Below are positions 10,474 to 19,405 of a stretch of DNA of 64,000 nucleotides, piece after piece; positions within the stretch are counted from its first letter, which is position 1; every line of letters begins with the position of its first letter. Origin of the DNA: Spirochaetia bacterium (lineage in GTDB: Bacteria; Spirochaetota; Spirochaetia; SZUA-6; Bin103); contig OZ253572.1 in assembly GCA_965262935.1 (NCBI GenBank), forward strand, positions 6,462,066-6,526,065, given 5' to 3'. Below the pieces are notes generated by a model that made no database searches, had not been told where the DNA came from, and was given only the letters and a program-made list of their open reading frames with translations. Position numbers and translations under genes: made by a program.

Positions 10474-12063
10474 ATGACGCACGGATTTTCAGCCGGCCGG
10501 AGACGGTTGCTCGCGGCACTCTGCATCGCGTTGGCTGCTCTGCTCGCCATCAGTTGCACGGTGCCGGGCGCGGATCGCGCGGATCGCACGGACGCGGCGC
10601 CAGGACATGGGCGGCTGAGCGCTCTACGGGTGACCGGCGGGGAGGGCCTGTTTCCCGCATTCGATCCCGGCGTGCACCACTACGCGGTGCGGTGCGAAGA
10701 TGGAACGACGCTGCAGATCGCCGCGCAGGCCGTGGACAGCGATGCCCGCCTCACGCTGCTGCACAACGGTCGCACCACGACCGGCGCCGTGGAAGAGACG
10801 GTCACGGTCAACAGCGACCACGACATTGCAATCGAAGTCCGCGACGGGCGGGGCACCTCGACCTACTACGTGCACTGCATTCCGCTTGAGTTCCCGGACA
10901 TCACGATCGAGAAACGGACCGCGGCCGTGACTGACGGCTTGCTGCTGATGACTCCCGGCGTACGCCGAAGCGAAATCTCGTGGCTGGCCATCGTGGACAA
11001 CAACGGCGTACCGCGCTGGGTGCGCAAGCCGAACGTGAGCGCGCGCAACTTCCGGCACTACGCCGACGGCCGGTACTCCTACTCCGAACGCGCCGCCGAC
11101 GGCAGTGAAGACGACACTGAAGACGCGGTGATCCTGGACGCGGAGTTCAACCGGATCGATACCGCCACGCTCGTCGGCGACCTGCTGGCCGAGCACACCG
11201 GCGGCCACGACTTTCTGATCACCGACCGCGGCACCTACCTGCTCATGTCCTACTATCCCGCGGAGCGCGATCTGAGCGGGTTCGAGTGTGAAGACGAAGA
11301 TGGTTCCGCCCGGCCGTGTTCGACGATGGAGCCCGCCGACGACTCGGTGATTCAGGAGGTGACACCCGCCGGGGACGAGGTGTTCCGGTGGAACTCCTGG
11401 GATCACCTGAAGATAGCGGATTGCACGATCCATCGCTTCCCCAACGACTATGCGCACCTCAACTCCCTGCACGAGCTGGATGGGGACATCGTGGCATCGC
11501 TGCGCGGCTGTGCGCAGGTAGTGCGCATCGAGCGTGCCACCGGCGCCGTGGTGTGGCAGATGGGCGGCACGCTGCCCATGCGCGCAGATCGGCCGATGCC
11601 TGCCACCGGCGCCGCCGCATTCCTGAAGGTGGTCGACGACCCGGCGGAAGAGTTCTGCGGCCAGCACCACGTAACCGCCACCACGGACGGCAGGCTCCTG
11701 ATGTTCGACAACGGCAACCACTGCCTCGGCGGGCGCAAGAACGAGCGCCCGTTCACGCGCATCGTGGAGTACGACATCTCTTCCGGCACCGAGGCGCGCT
11801 GGGTGCGTGATTACCGGCTGCCGCCAGAGGACGGAATCTCGACCTCCGGCGGCGGCGTGGTGGCGCTGGCCGGCACCGGCCACTGGCTCATCACCTGGGG
11901 CAACAACGGGCCGATGAACGGGGTGAGCGAAGTGGACACCACCGGCACGGAGATTTTCCGCCTGAGCATGTCCCGAAACGGTCAGAGATACGGCACCGCC
12001 CGCGTATACCGGGAAAGCGAGGCCACCCTCCGCCTGCAACCCAACTTGCCGGACCCACGCTAA
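10474..12063 (+). CDS. lipoprotein (529 aa): cadherin-like beta-sandwich plus ASST-like beta-propeller. Paralog of the C-terminal half of 5902..9774.
   Basis: Lipobox LAISC. LSALRVTGG...HHYAV. GHDFLITD, WNSWDH and FCGQHHV motifs are collinear with the large lipoprotein. Confidence 0.8.
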   Translation: MTHGFSAGRRRLLAALCIALAALLAISCTVPGADRADRTDAAPGHGRLSALRVTGGEGLFPAFDPGVHHYAVRCEDGTTLQIAAQAVDSDARLTLLHNGRTTTGAVEETVTVNSDHDIAIEVRDGRGTSTYYVHCIPLEFPDITIEKRTAAVTDGLLLMTPGVRRSEISWLAIVDNNGVPRWVRKPNVSARNFRHYADGRYSYSERAADGSEDDTEDAVILDAEFNRIDTATLVGDLLAEHTGGHDFLITDRGTYLLMSYYPAERDLSGFECEDEDGSARPCSTMEPADDSVIQEVTPAGDEVFRWNSWDHLKIADCTIHRFPNDYAHLNSLHELDGDIVASLRGCAQVVRIERATGAVVWQMGGTLPMRADRPMPATGAAAFLKVVDDPAEEFCGQHHVTATTDGRLLMFDNGNHCLGGRKNERPFTRIVEYDISSGTEARWVRDYRLPPEDGISTSGGGVVALAGTGHWLITWGNNGPMNGVSEVDTTGTEIFRLSMSRNGQRYGTARVYRESEATLRLQPNLPDPR

Positions 12064-12162
12064 GCACGAACGTGAATCGGCGTCGTTTCGTGACCAGCGG
12101 GGCTGCCTGACAGTTCACGAGACACGGGCGCCGCGCAACAAGCAGTCGCGCCCGGCGGGAGG

Positions 12163-12864
12163 CTACAGGACGGCGCCGTAGGTCTCGGTGATGGCTTTGG
12201 CGGCGTATTCGTCGGAGGCGTAGGCGAAGCCGCGGTCGCCCCAGGCGGCGCCCCAACTGTTGCGCACGATGAAGGTGTCGGCGGTGAATCCCACCAGGCA
12301 GATCGCGTGGCCGCCGCCGTCCTCCTGGTCGGGGCGATACACGGCCAGTTCGCCGTGCGTCCTGCTGGCCTGCCGCCAGGTGCGGTCCACCTCCACGCGC
12401 GCCAGGATCGGGCCCTGGTTGGACAGCCAGCGGCGCCAGGCGGTGCGGTTGCGGCGCAGGTTGTGGTAGCTGGCGATGCGGTACCTGGCCGCCATGGTGT
12501 AGAACGCGGCGACGCGCAGCGGGCTCAGGCCGCCGTCCATCGGCAGGGCGCTGTCGAGCACGCAGCCGTAGCGGCGGGCGACGCGCAGCGCCCGCTTGGT
12601 CTGGGTGCCGGCCGACTCGATGAAGGTGGTGGGGTAATCGGTGAGGCGGTCGGTTTCCTTGTTGGCCATCCAGATAAAGCGCGGCGACGGGCGCTCACCG
12701 GGCGGCAGCAGGCCGGCTTTCCAGTAGTGCCAGTGCAGCACGCCGTCGGCCGCGGCAAAGCCGACGCAGGCGCCGGTGGAGCCCTGGTCCCTGACCGGCC
12801 AGTCGGGCCGCCGCAGATCCACCTCCGGGCGCGCCTTGGCAGGCGACACCACCCCGGCCGCCAC
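12163..12864 (-). CDS. papain-like cysteine peptidase (C1 family)
   Basis: QGSTGACVGFA (catalytic Gln/Cys), GGHAICLVGF (His), NSWGAAWGDRGF (Asn-Trp). Confidence 0.75.
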   Translation of the reverse strand: MAAGVVSPAKARPEVDLRRPDWPVRDQGSTGACVGFAAADGVLHWHYWKAGLLPPGERPSPRFIWMANKETDRLTDYPTTFIESAGTQTKRALRVARRYGCVLDSALPMDGGLSPLRVAAFYTMAARYRIASYHNLRRNRTAWRRWLSNQGPILARVEVDRTWRQASRTHGELAVYRPDQEDGGGHAICLVGFTADTFIVRNSWGAAWGDRGFAYASDEYAAKAITETYGAVL

Positions 12865-12926
12865 CGCGTCCGCGAACGTCCAGTCGGCCTCGACGCCGGC
12901 CGACGGCTCGCAGTTGAGTATGAAGC

Positions 12927-13640
12927 TCAGACCCGTTCGGAGATTTCCAGGCAGAGTACGCGGGCGGCGTCCGCCCGGTCCCGGTCGGCGGCATCGATTC
13001 GATACCCGGCGACCAGCGCCACCGCCTCCTCTCCGAATACGGCGGCAAGGGCGTCAGCACTCTCCCGGCTGCGGCGGATGTCCTCCGCATCGATCCGGCC
13101 GGCGACCTCGATCGCCACCCAGATCGGCGTTCGCTCGCGGCGCCGTTGCGCGTGCAGGATGATATCGGTGACGATGAGCCGGTCCTCCTGCCGGGCACTG
13201 ATCCGGCCCGCTTCTTCGGCCGCGGCGACCGATTCCTGGAACTCCGCATCTGCCTGGTGCAGCGCGCTGCACATGATGCGTGCCCGCTTCAACTGCAGGT
13301 GCTGACTGACCAATGGTTGAATCCGGCGATGCACCCTCAACTCCAGGTCGGAGCCCTTGAGGTAGCCGACGTCGTCCTTCAGCCCAGCCACGTCGGCCTT
13401 GACCTCCGCCATGTCGGTCTTGAGTTCGGCCACGTCCGTCTTGAGAACCGCCACGTCGGCCTTCAGTTCGGCGATATCCTTCTCTATGCGGTCCAAGCGG
13501 GCCGGCATGCCCAGGAACTCATTGGTCAGGAGTGCGCGCAGCAGCATGCGCTGAGCCTCCGGGTTAGCCTGCAACTCGGCGATGATCCGGGCTACCAGAG
13601 ACTCCGGATCAAGATGTTCGGACGCGTTGTCGCTCATCAT
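12927..13640 (-). CDS. DUF3782-like protein. Coiled-coil repeats (D.A.LK.DV x4) plus a C-terminal PD-(D/E)XK-like domain.
   Basis: Tandem ATG ATG start. Heptad-like IAELKADVAVLKTDVAELKTDMAEVKADVAGLKDDV. C-terminal ...IWVAIEVAG...; homologous to the fragment at 5541..5888. Confidence 0.6.
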   Translation of the reverse strand: MMSDNASEHLDPESLVARIIAELQANPEAQRMLLRALLTNEFLGMPARLDRIEKDIAELKADVAVLKTDVAELKTDMAEVKADVAGLKDDVGYLKGSDLELRVHRRIQPLVSQHLQLKRARIMCSALHQADAEFQESVAAAEEAGRISARQEDRLIVTDIILHAQRRRERTPIWVAIEVAGRIDAEDIRRSRESADALAAVFGEEAVALVAGYRIDAADRDRADAARVLCLEISERV

Positions 13641-13959
13641 GGGGGTTCCGCGATGCAATGCAGGCAACCTATTGCGGTTTTGACGCGCGGTCAAGGAACG
13701 CAGATCCGCAGAATCCGTGGCAGCAGGACCGCCTTCCGGTGCCACCGGGGCACGCATAGCATGGTATTTCGCCTCGCTCCCTCTCAGACAAGAGCCGTGG
13801 CCTCGCAAGCCTCGCCGCACCGCTCGAAGCGCCCCGGTTCTTGAATGTTTGGTCTGTTATCGAGTCAAGCTACCACTGACGGCGCGATGTGCGCAAGTGT
13901 GCAGCGGATAGATGGTACCGATGGCGCAGGACGTTCCCGAGACACCGGGGGTCAGCGGG

Positions 13960-14643
13960 TCAGCGAGCGGCTTGCGGGGATTCCGGCAGGCGGGTGGCGC
14001 AGAAGTGGCCGGTGACGCGGCGGGCGTGGACGCCGCTCGCCCAGGTGCCGGTGAAGCCGCCCCGCGGCATGATGTGGGTGAGGTGGAGCGCCATGTAGCC
14101 GCCGTCGACGGCCGCATTGCCGGCGCGGCGGTTGGCGATGGAACCGAAGCGCAGCGTGATAGCCACCGGCGCCTGCCCGGCGGTCCACTGTTCCAGCACC
14201 AGCACGCCCGGCTGCAGCGGGTCGCGGGAGCCGATGTCGCCGATCGCCAGTGCGTCCACCGCCGCCAAGTCAATGGCCGCCCAGCCGTGCAGCGACAGCA
14301 GCACGCTTTCGTCGGGAGCCTCGCCGCCGGTTGGAAGCCGGCGCAGCGACGGCTCGTTGTCATTCAGCTCCAGGGTTCCGGTGACCGTACGCCCGGCCCC
14401 GTCGCCGGCGGCTACCAGGGTCAGGTGGTAGCGCCCGGCGCCGCGAGCCAGCGTCGCAGCCGCGGGCAGCTCGCCTTCGCGGGCGACGCAGGCGGCAATC
14501 GGCGTAGGGGCCCGCTCCTCGCCGCCGCCGGCGCAACTCGCCACCACCGGCGCCAGCAACGCGCACAGGGCGCCGATCCAGTAGCCGCGAACCGGCTGAC
14601 GGGTACCTGCGCCACGGTGTGAACGCAAACGGATCGACACGTG
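13960..14643 (-). CDS. hypothetical lipoprotein
   Basis: Signal peptide plus lipobox VVASCAGG. Start assigned to an in-frame GTG ahead of the signal peptide (uncertain). Confidence 0.45.
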   Translation of the reverse strand, partial: HVSIRLRSHRGAGTRQPVRGYWIGALCALLAPVVASCAGGGEERAPTPIAACVAREGELPAAATLARGAGRYHLTLVAAGDGAGRTVTGTLELNDNEPSLRRLPTGGEAPDESVLLSLHGWAAIDLAAVDALAIGDIGSRDPLQPGVLVLEQWTAGQAPVAITLRFGSIANRRAGNAAVDGGYMALHLTHIMPRGGFTGTWASGVHARRVTGHFCATRLPESPQAAR

Positions 14644-14892
14644 TGTTCGGATGCTTCGGGTCAGAGGACTATGGCCGCCAGCGTTTCGTCCGCTAGCTTC
14701 TCTCGTAGATCGCGCGGCGCGGGGATCACTGCCATTCGGAACGAACATTACAGGCTGGTGCGGTTGGAGTCAATGAATTGTGCGGGGGCTGCGGGTGCGC
14801 GGGTCTTGCATCGAACCCAGGGGCCGGCAGCGGGAGCCGAGGCCGTTGCGCCTGGCGGCGCTGGCCGTTGCGACTCCCGCTGCCGGCAGCCG

Positions 14893-15291
14893 TTACGAGG
14901 CCAGCTCGGCGGCCGGCTCTTCCTTGTCGGCGGTGGCGGACTCCTGATCGGAGCCCGTTGCGCGCCGCTGCGGCTGGAATTCGACGTGCTCGGCCACGAT
15001 CACCAGCTTGGCGCGCGCGTTGCCGTCACCGTCCTCCCAGCGTTCCTGCTTGAGGCGGCCCACGACGCGCACGCCGCGGCCCTTGGCGAGGTGCTCGGCG
15101 CACACGGTCGCCAGCTTGCCCCAGGTGGTGGCCTCGACGAAGGACACCTCCTCGTGGCGCTCGCTGTCCACCTTGTAGGAGCGGTTGGACGCCACCACAA
15201 GCGTGCACACCGCAGTCCCCTTCGGCGTGTAGCGGATCTCGGGATCCCGGCACAGGTTCCCTTCCAGCAATACGGAGTTGAGATTGTTCAC
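14893..15291 (-). CDS. ssb: single-stranded DNA-binding protein
   Basis: LEGNLCRDPEIRYTPKGTAV...ATTWGKLA...GRLKQERWEDGDGNARAKLVIVAEHVEF, a classic OB-fold SSB pattern, with an acidic C-terminal tail. Confidence 0.85.
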   Translation of the reverse strand: MNNLNSVLLEGNLCRDPEIRYTPKGTAVCTLVVASNRSYKVDSERHEEVSFVEATTWGKLATVCAEHLAKGRGVRVVGRLKQERWEDGDGNARAKLVIVAEHVEFQPQRRATGSDQESATADKEEPAAELAS

Positions 15292-15422
15292 AACAACCCT
15301 CCTGATATAGTCGGCGGGACCGGCGCCGCAGTGGCTTGTCCCGCTCTCGCTATCTATAACGGGCTCCGGGCGGTGCCGCTTCAGGGGGATGCAACGATCG
15401 AAGGTAGGTCTACCAATAGAAA

Positions 15423-15462
15423 ACGGCGCGTCCCCCGAAGGAGACGCGCCGTCATGGTTAGC
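15423..15462 (-). terminator. rho-independent terminator downstream of the 15478..16917 gene
   Basis: Perfect 10-bp GC-rich inverted repeat (ACGGCGCGTC / GACGCGCCGT) with a 4-nt loop, followed on the minus strand by TTTCTATT. Confidence 0.5.
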
Positions 15463-15477
15463 GAGAGTTGCGAAAAC

Positions 15478-16917
15478 CTAGTACTTGATCTTGGTCCAGA
15501 GGCTGACCACACCACTCTGGGCCGCATTGGCGCCAGAATCGATGAGCTGGCCGGTCTTCCACTTCAGGCCGAACGTAGTCGCCGGAATCGCCTCGGTCAG
15601 GACCGCCCGTACCTCAAACGCCACGCTGGCGTCACCGCCATCGAGCTGATTGACGGTGACCGTCGTGCCCGGAGTGAGCGTGCCGCCGAACGTGTCGCTC
15701 AGGTGGTAGTCCAGCTTGCCTTCCACGAACAGATCCGACTCGTCGTTCACGTCCTGCGCGGCGGCCTCTGCTGTGTCGCCGTTGGTGATGTCGAACATCC
15801 CCCACGTCAGCGACAGGTCGAGACTCTCCACGAGACCGTTCTTGTCGGACAGGTTCACCTTTACGTCAGTGGCGACCGATGCCACGTTCGAGAAGATGAA
15901 GTCCGACTTGAGGGTGGTGTTCGGGGTCAGCGTAACGGTCGCGTTACCGCCCGCTTCCCAGTACATGGCCTCGTTTACGTCGGTATCCACGTTGTCGTCT
16001 TCCTGGGTCATCTGAACATCGGCACCCGCGGAGAGGGAGACATCGCCGAAGTCGGTCGTCAGCTTGGCACCGATGCCGGTGTCATCATCCTTGTCGCTAT
16101 CTTCGGGTTCGTCACCATTTTCGAGGCCTTGCACAAACGCCAAGTCGAGCGTGGCCGGTCCGACGTTTACCTTCAGATCGGCACTGATCGCGTAACTGCC
16201 GTCGTGAGCAGCCTTGGTCTCATCCAGATACTTGGTAGCGTCAACGTCTTTGACACCGTCCTCGGACTCGGAGTCATACGCCTCCTCGGAGAGGATCCCC
16301 ACCGCGATGCTCAGGTCGGCGGTGGTGTAGCCGACCGTGACGCCGTGGCCGTTTAGGTCCAATCCAACATCCTTATCCGCATCATGACTCTCGGCCGCGC
16401 GGTCGTCGTCCTCATCGTCCTCAATGTGTGGGATCAGATCGGCCTTGCTTGCAGGCGCGGCGAATATCTGCAGCCAGAGCGGGCCGTTCTTGAGCGTGGC
16501 GACGATGTCCGGCTCCACGACATACAGCTTGCTGCGCCCCTTCTTCTCTTCGACGCCCTTTAGATCAGGCATCGTTTTGCCGTCTGGGACCGACGCGGTC
16601 GTAGTCACGAACTCGGTGGAGTCCTCGTCGTCACTGTTGATGACGATCTGGAAGTCGTTCAACTCGATCGAGCCGTACCATCCTCCTGACATGTCGACCA
16701 TCTCGGAGTTGTTGGTCGACTGCTTGGCGACGAGCACGATCTTGATGTTGGCGCTGGACTCGTTCTTGAATCCGAACTGCTCATCATCGATGTCGTAGCC
16801 CGCAGTGACAGTCGCATCACCGGAGATGCTGAAGTTCGTTCCGATTGCCATTTGCCCATACAGGCCGGCAGAGCCCGCGGCAAGTAGCACCACTAGCAGA
16901 AGTGAGAGTTTCTTCAT
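15478..16917 (-). CDS. secreted, very acidic protein with a C-terminal aromatic residue. Putative outer-membrane beta-barrel or porin-like protein.
   Basis: Strong RBS AAGGAGGAAGTG before the ATG. Signal peptide MKKLSLLLVVLLAAGSAGLYGQ. Alternating hydrophilic/hydrophobic strands. Ends ...SLWTKIKY. Local GC is markedly lower than the neighbours. Confidence 0.6.
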   Translation of the reverse strand: MKKLSLLLVVLLAAGSAGLYGQMAIGTNFSISGDATVTAGYDIDDEQFGFKNESSANIKIVLVAKQSTNNSEMVDMSGGWYGSIELNDFQIVINSDDEDSTEFVTTTASVPDGKTMPDLKGVEEKKGRSKLYVVEPDIVATLKNGPLWLQIFAAPASKADLIPHIEDDEDDDRAAESHDADKDVGLDLNGHGVTVGYTTADLSIAVGILSEEAYDSESEDGVKDVDATKYLDETKAAHDGSYAISADLKVNVGPATLDLAFVQGLENGDEPEDSDKDDDTGIGAKLTTDFGDVSLSAGADVQMTQEDDNVDTDVNEAMYWEAGGNATVTLTPNTTLKSDFIFSNVASVATDVKVNLSDKNGLVESLDLSLTWGMFDITNGDTAEAAAQDVNDESDLFVEGKLDYHLSDTFGGTLTPGTTVTVNQLDGGDASVAFEVRAVLTEAIPATTFGLKWKTGQLIDSGANAAQSGVVSLWTKIKY

Positions 16918-17524
16918 CACTTCCTCCTTCACTTATTGCCGGGGCCTATTACATCGGGGCCCTTAGCTGGGCCAACGACCCGCAGAACCCTCGCCCCCGC
17001 TATCCGATGGCGCAATAATGCATTGCCCAATCGGACGTTGTCAACCTGTTGCGCCCCGGAAATCGAGTAGCCGCTCACCTTGCGGTCAGCGGGCGCACGA
17101 TCAGTCTCCAGAACTGGTCAACTCCAGGATACTCCTACAGTAACGCCAGCGCAACCGCCAGCGCAACAGAGGGAGAATATCACGAAGCCACCACTGTGTA
17201 AACAGTCACCGGAACGGGCATTATGCCCGCACGTCCAAACAATTGCAAGCGGCCCGCCTCCTTTGCGGAAGCCGCACCTTGTACCAGGATGCGAACGCTG
17301 TCAAACACGCGTTCTCCGAGTGTATCAATGCAATAGTCATGCCAAGCTGCGATGGTGGAAAAAGGACCGTGGCAGGCTACCACAAGGGCGGCGCACACGG
17401 TAATCATGCGTCTCATAGGTGACATTTTTGTAGGAAATGATAGCAAAGGCTACGCACACGTAGGGTAAGGACCTTGCGAAACAGGTTGACCGGCTGCGGC
17501 GGCGGTCGTAACATCGCAATTCGC

Positions 17525-18763
17525 ATGGCTGCCGAATTCAGTCTTTCCATCTATCCGTGGGTCTACCTGAGCAAGTGCGACGGAGACGCATGGGAGCCCG
17601 AGTATATCGAGAAGCGCCACCTCAGCCCCGCCGAGGAGGAGGCGCTGCCGGACGCGGAGCGCGAGCGGCTGTACCGCGAGCGCAACGAGTTTCCCGGACT
17701 GCCGCTGGTCAACTACACGACCCAGTACGCGATGGCCTGCTTCGAGGGCCTGAAGGCGTTTCCGCAGCCGGACGGATCGCTCAAGCTGTTCCGCCCGCGC
17801 GAAAACGCCATCCGCATGAAGCGCTCCATGGAGGGGCTGTACATGCCGGGCGTGCCGGTGGACCAGTTCGTGGACGCGACGCGCGGCGTGGTGGCGCGCA
17901 ATCAGGCGATCGGCTTCGCACCCGCCTACGACCCGGCCTGGGAGCGCGACGACTTCGCCAGTGGGCACACCGTATATATAAGGCCCTTCTCGCTGGCCGA
18001 AGGCGGCATCGGGGTGAACCTGAGCCAGGCGCCCTGGTTCGTGGTGATCTCCACCCGGGTCGGCTCCTACTTCGCCGACGGCGGCTCCTCGGCCACCATC
18101 ACCACCAAGCGGATACGCGCCACCCCCGGCGGCACCGGCTGGATCAAGTGCAGCGCCAACTATGTGACCAGCGCGCTGGCCAAGCGCGAGGCGGAGGTGG
18201 CCGGCTACCTGGAGTGCGTGTTCCTGGACGCCGAGCACCATCGCTACGTGGAGGAGGGCTCCTCCTGCAACCTGTTCTTCGTGCTTGGCGACGGCCGCCT
18301 GGTGACCCCGGCGCTCGGCGACACCATCCTGCCCGGCATCACGCGGCGCACCATCATCGAGCTGGCGGCCGAGGAGGGGATCACGGTGGAGGAGCGTCCG
18401 GTGGCGGTGGAGGAAGTGCTCGACGATGCCGTGGAGGCGTTCGGCACCGGCACGGCCGCGGGCGTGACCCATTTCAGCTCGCTGCGCCACGGCGACACCG
18501 AGAAGGTGTTCGGCGACAGCGCCATCGGGCCGGTGGCACGCGGCTTCCTGAAGACGCTGAAGGGCGTTCAGTACGGGGCGCTGGAAGACCGCCACGGGTG
18601 GATGGTGCCGGTCGCCGGCGAAACCGCCGCGGGCGAAACCGCCGCAGGCGAAACCGCCGCAGGCGGTACGGATGCGGGCGGCGCGGCGAACGGCGCCGGC
18701 ACGGCGGCGCGGGACGCCGGGATGCCGATGGCCGATGTGGCGGCGCAGGCGGCGCCCGGCTGA
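17525..18763 (+). CDS. ilvE: branched-chain amino acid aminotransferase (class IV PLP fold) with a C-terminal AGETAAGETAAGETAAG repeat tail
   Basis: Fold-type IV aminotransferase motifs (…GLKAFPQPDGSLKLFRPRENAIRM…, …EEGSSCNLFFV…, …GTGTAAGVTH…). Confidence 0.7.
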   Translation: MAAEFSLSIYPWVYLSKCDGDAWEPEYIEKRHLSPAEEEALPDAERERLYRERNEFPGLPLVNYTTQYAMACFEGLKAFPQPDGSLKLFRPRENAIRMKRSMEGLYMPGVPVDQFVDATRGVVARNQAIGFAPAYDPAWERDDFASGHTVYIRPFSLAEGGIGVNLSQAPWFVVISTRVGSYFADGGSSATITTKRIRATPGGTGWIKCSANYVTSALAKREAEVAGYLECVFLDAEHHRYVEEGSSCNLFFVLGDGRLVTPALGDTILPGITRRTIIELAAEEGITVEERPVAVEEVLDDAVEAFGTGTAAGVTHFSSLRHGDTEKVFGDSAIGPVARGFLKTLKGVQYGALEDRHGWMVPVAGETAAGETAAGETAAGGTDAGGAANGAGTAARDAGMPMADVAAQAAPG

Positions 18764-18878
18764 CGGACGGCAGCCGTTGCCACCAGAGGGACAGACGCAG
18801 CCGGGGCCGGTTGGTCACAACGGCACCCGGCTGACTGGCGGGCAGCCGTTGCCACGCCGGCGCCATCCGGGTTGACCG

Positions 18879-19286
18879 GTGCCGGTGCCGGTTCCCGTTC
18901 CGGCGCCGCCGGGCAGCCATCGCCAAGCCGCGGTCCGGATCGCGCTGTTGCTGTATGCGCTGCTGGTGCTGGCGGCCTCGCTGTATCCGTCGCCGCCGCA
19001 CTGGGCCACCGCCGCCGGGCGCGACCGCGCCGTTCACTTTGCCGCCTACCTGCTGCTCGGCGCGCTGCTGACCGCCGGCCTGAACGCCGGCCGCTCGCGC
19101 TGGTCGGTGTGGCGGCGCTGCGGGGCGGCGCTCCTGATCGGCGCCTGTTACGGCGCCGTGCTGGAGCTGGCGCAGCGCTACACGGGACGGGTGCCGGACA
19201 CCGGTGACGCGCTCGCCAACCTGTTCGGGGTGGCGGCCGGCGCGGCCGGGGTCACGCTCAGCCGTCTGCGGCGCGGAACGGGATGA
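18879..19286 (+). CDS. VanZ-like family membrane protein
   Basis: DRAVHFAAYLLLGALL...ELAQRYTGRVPDTGDALANLFGVAAG matches the VanZ pattern (D..HF..Y...G....E..Q....R..D..D...N..G...G). Confidence 0.6.
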   Translation: MPVPVPVPAPPGSHRQAAVRIALLLYALLVLAASLYPSPPHWATAAGRDRAVHFAAYLLLGALLTAGLNAGRSRWSVWRRCGAALLIGACYGAVLELAQRYTGRVPDTGDALANLFGVAAGAAGVTLSRLRRGTG

Positions 19287-19405
19287 GGGCGTCGCTAGGC
19301 ACGCCGGCGGTGGCGGCCAGGGCGGCCGGGGGCGCGCTCAGCCGTCTGCGGCGCGCAGCAGAATGAGGGCGTCGCTGTGTATGCCGGCGGCTTCGGCGAG
19401 CGCGG
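19243..19405. repeat. ~80-bp imperfect tandem duplication (2 copies)
   Basis: GCGCTCAGCCGTCTGCGGCGCG...GAATGAGGGCGTCGCT...GCCGGCGG occurs twice, offset ~80 nt. Both copies encode ...SDALI(L/P)(L/F)RAADG* in overlapping minus-strand ORFs. Confidence 0.7.

Noticed and set aside
14641-16356. 571-aa plus-strand ORF
   Set aside because: Antisense to ssb and the acidic secreted protein gene. It has no recognisable motifs and a GC-rich shadow-ORF composition.
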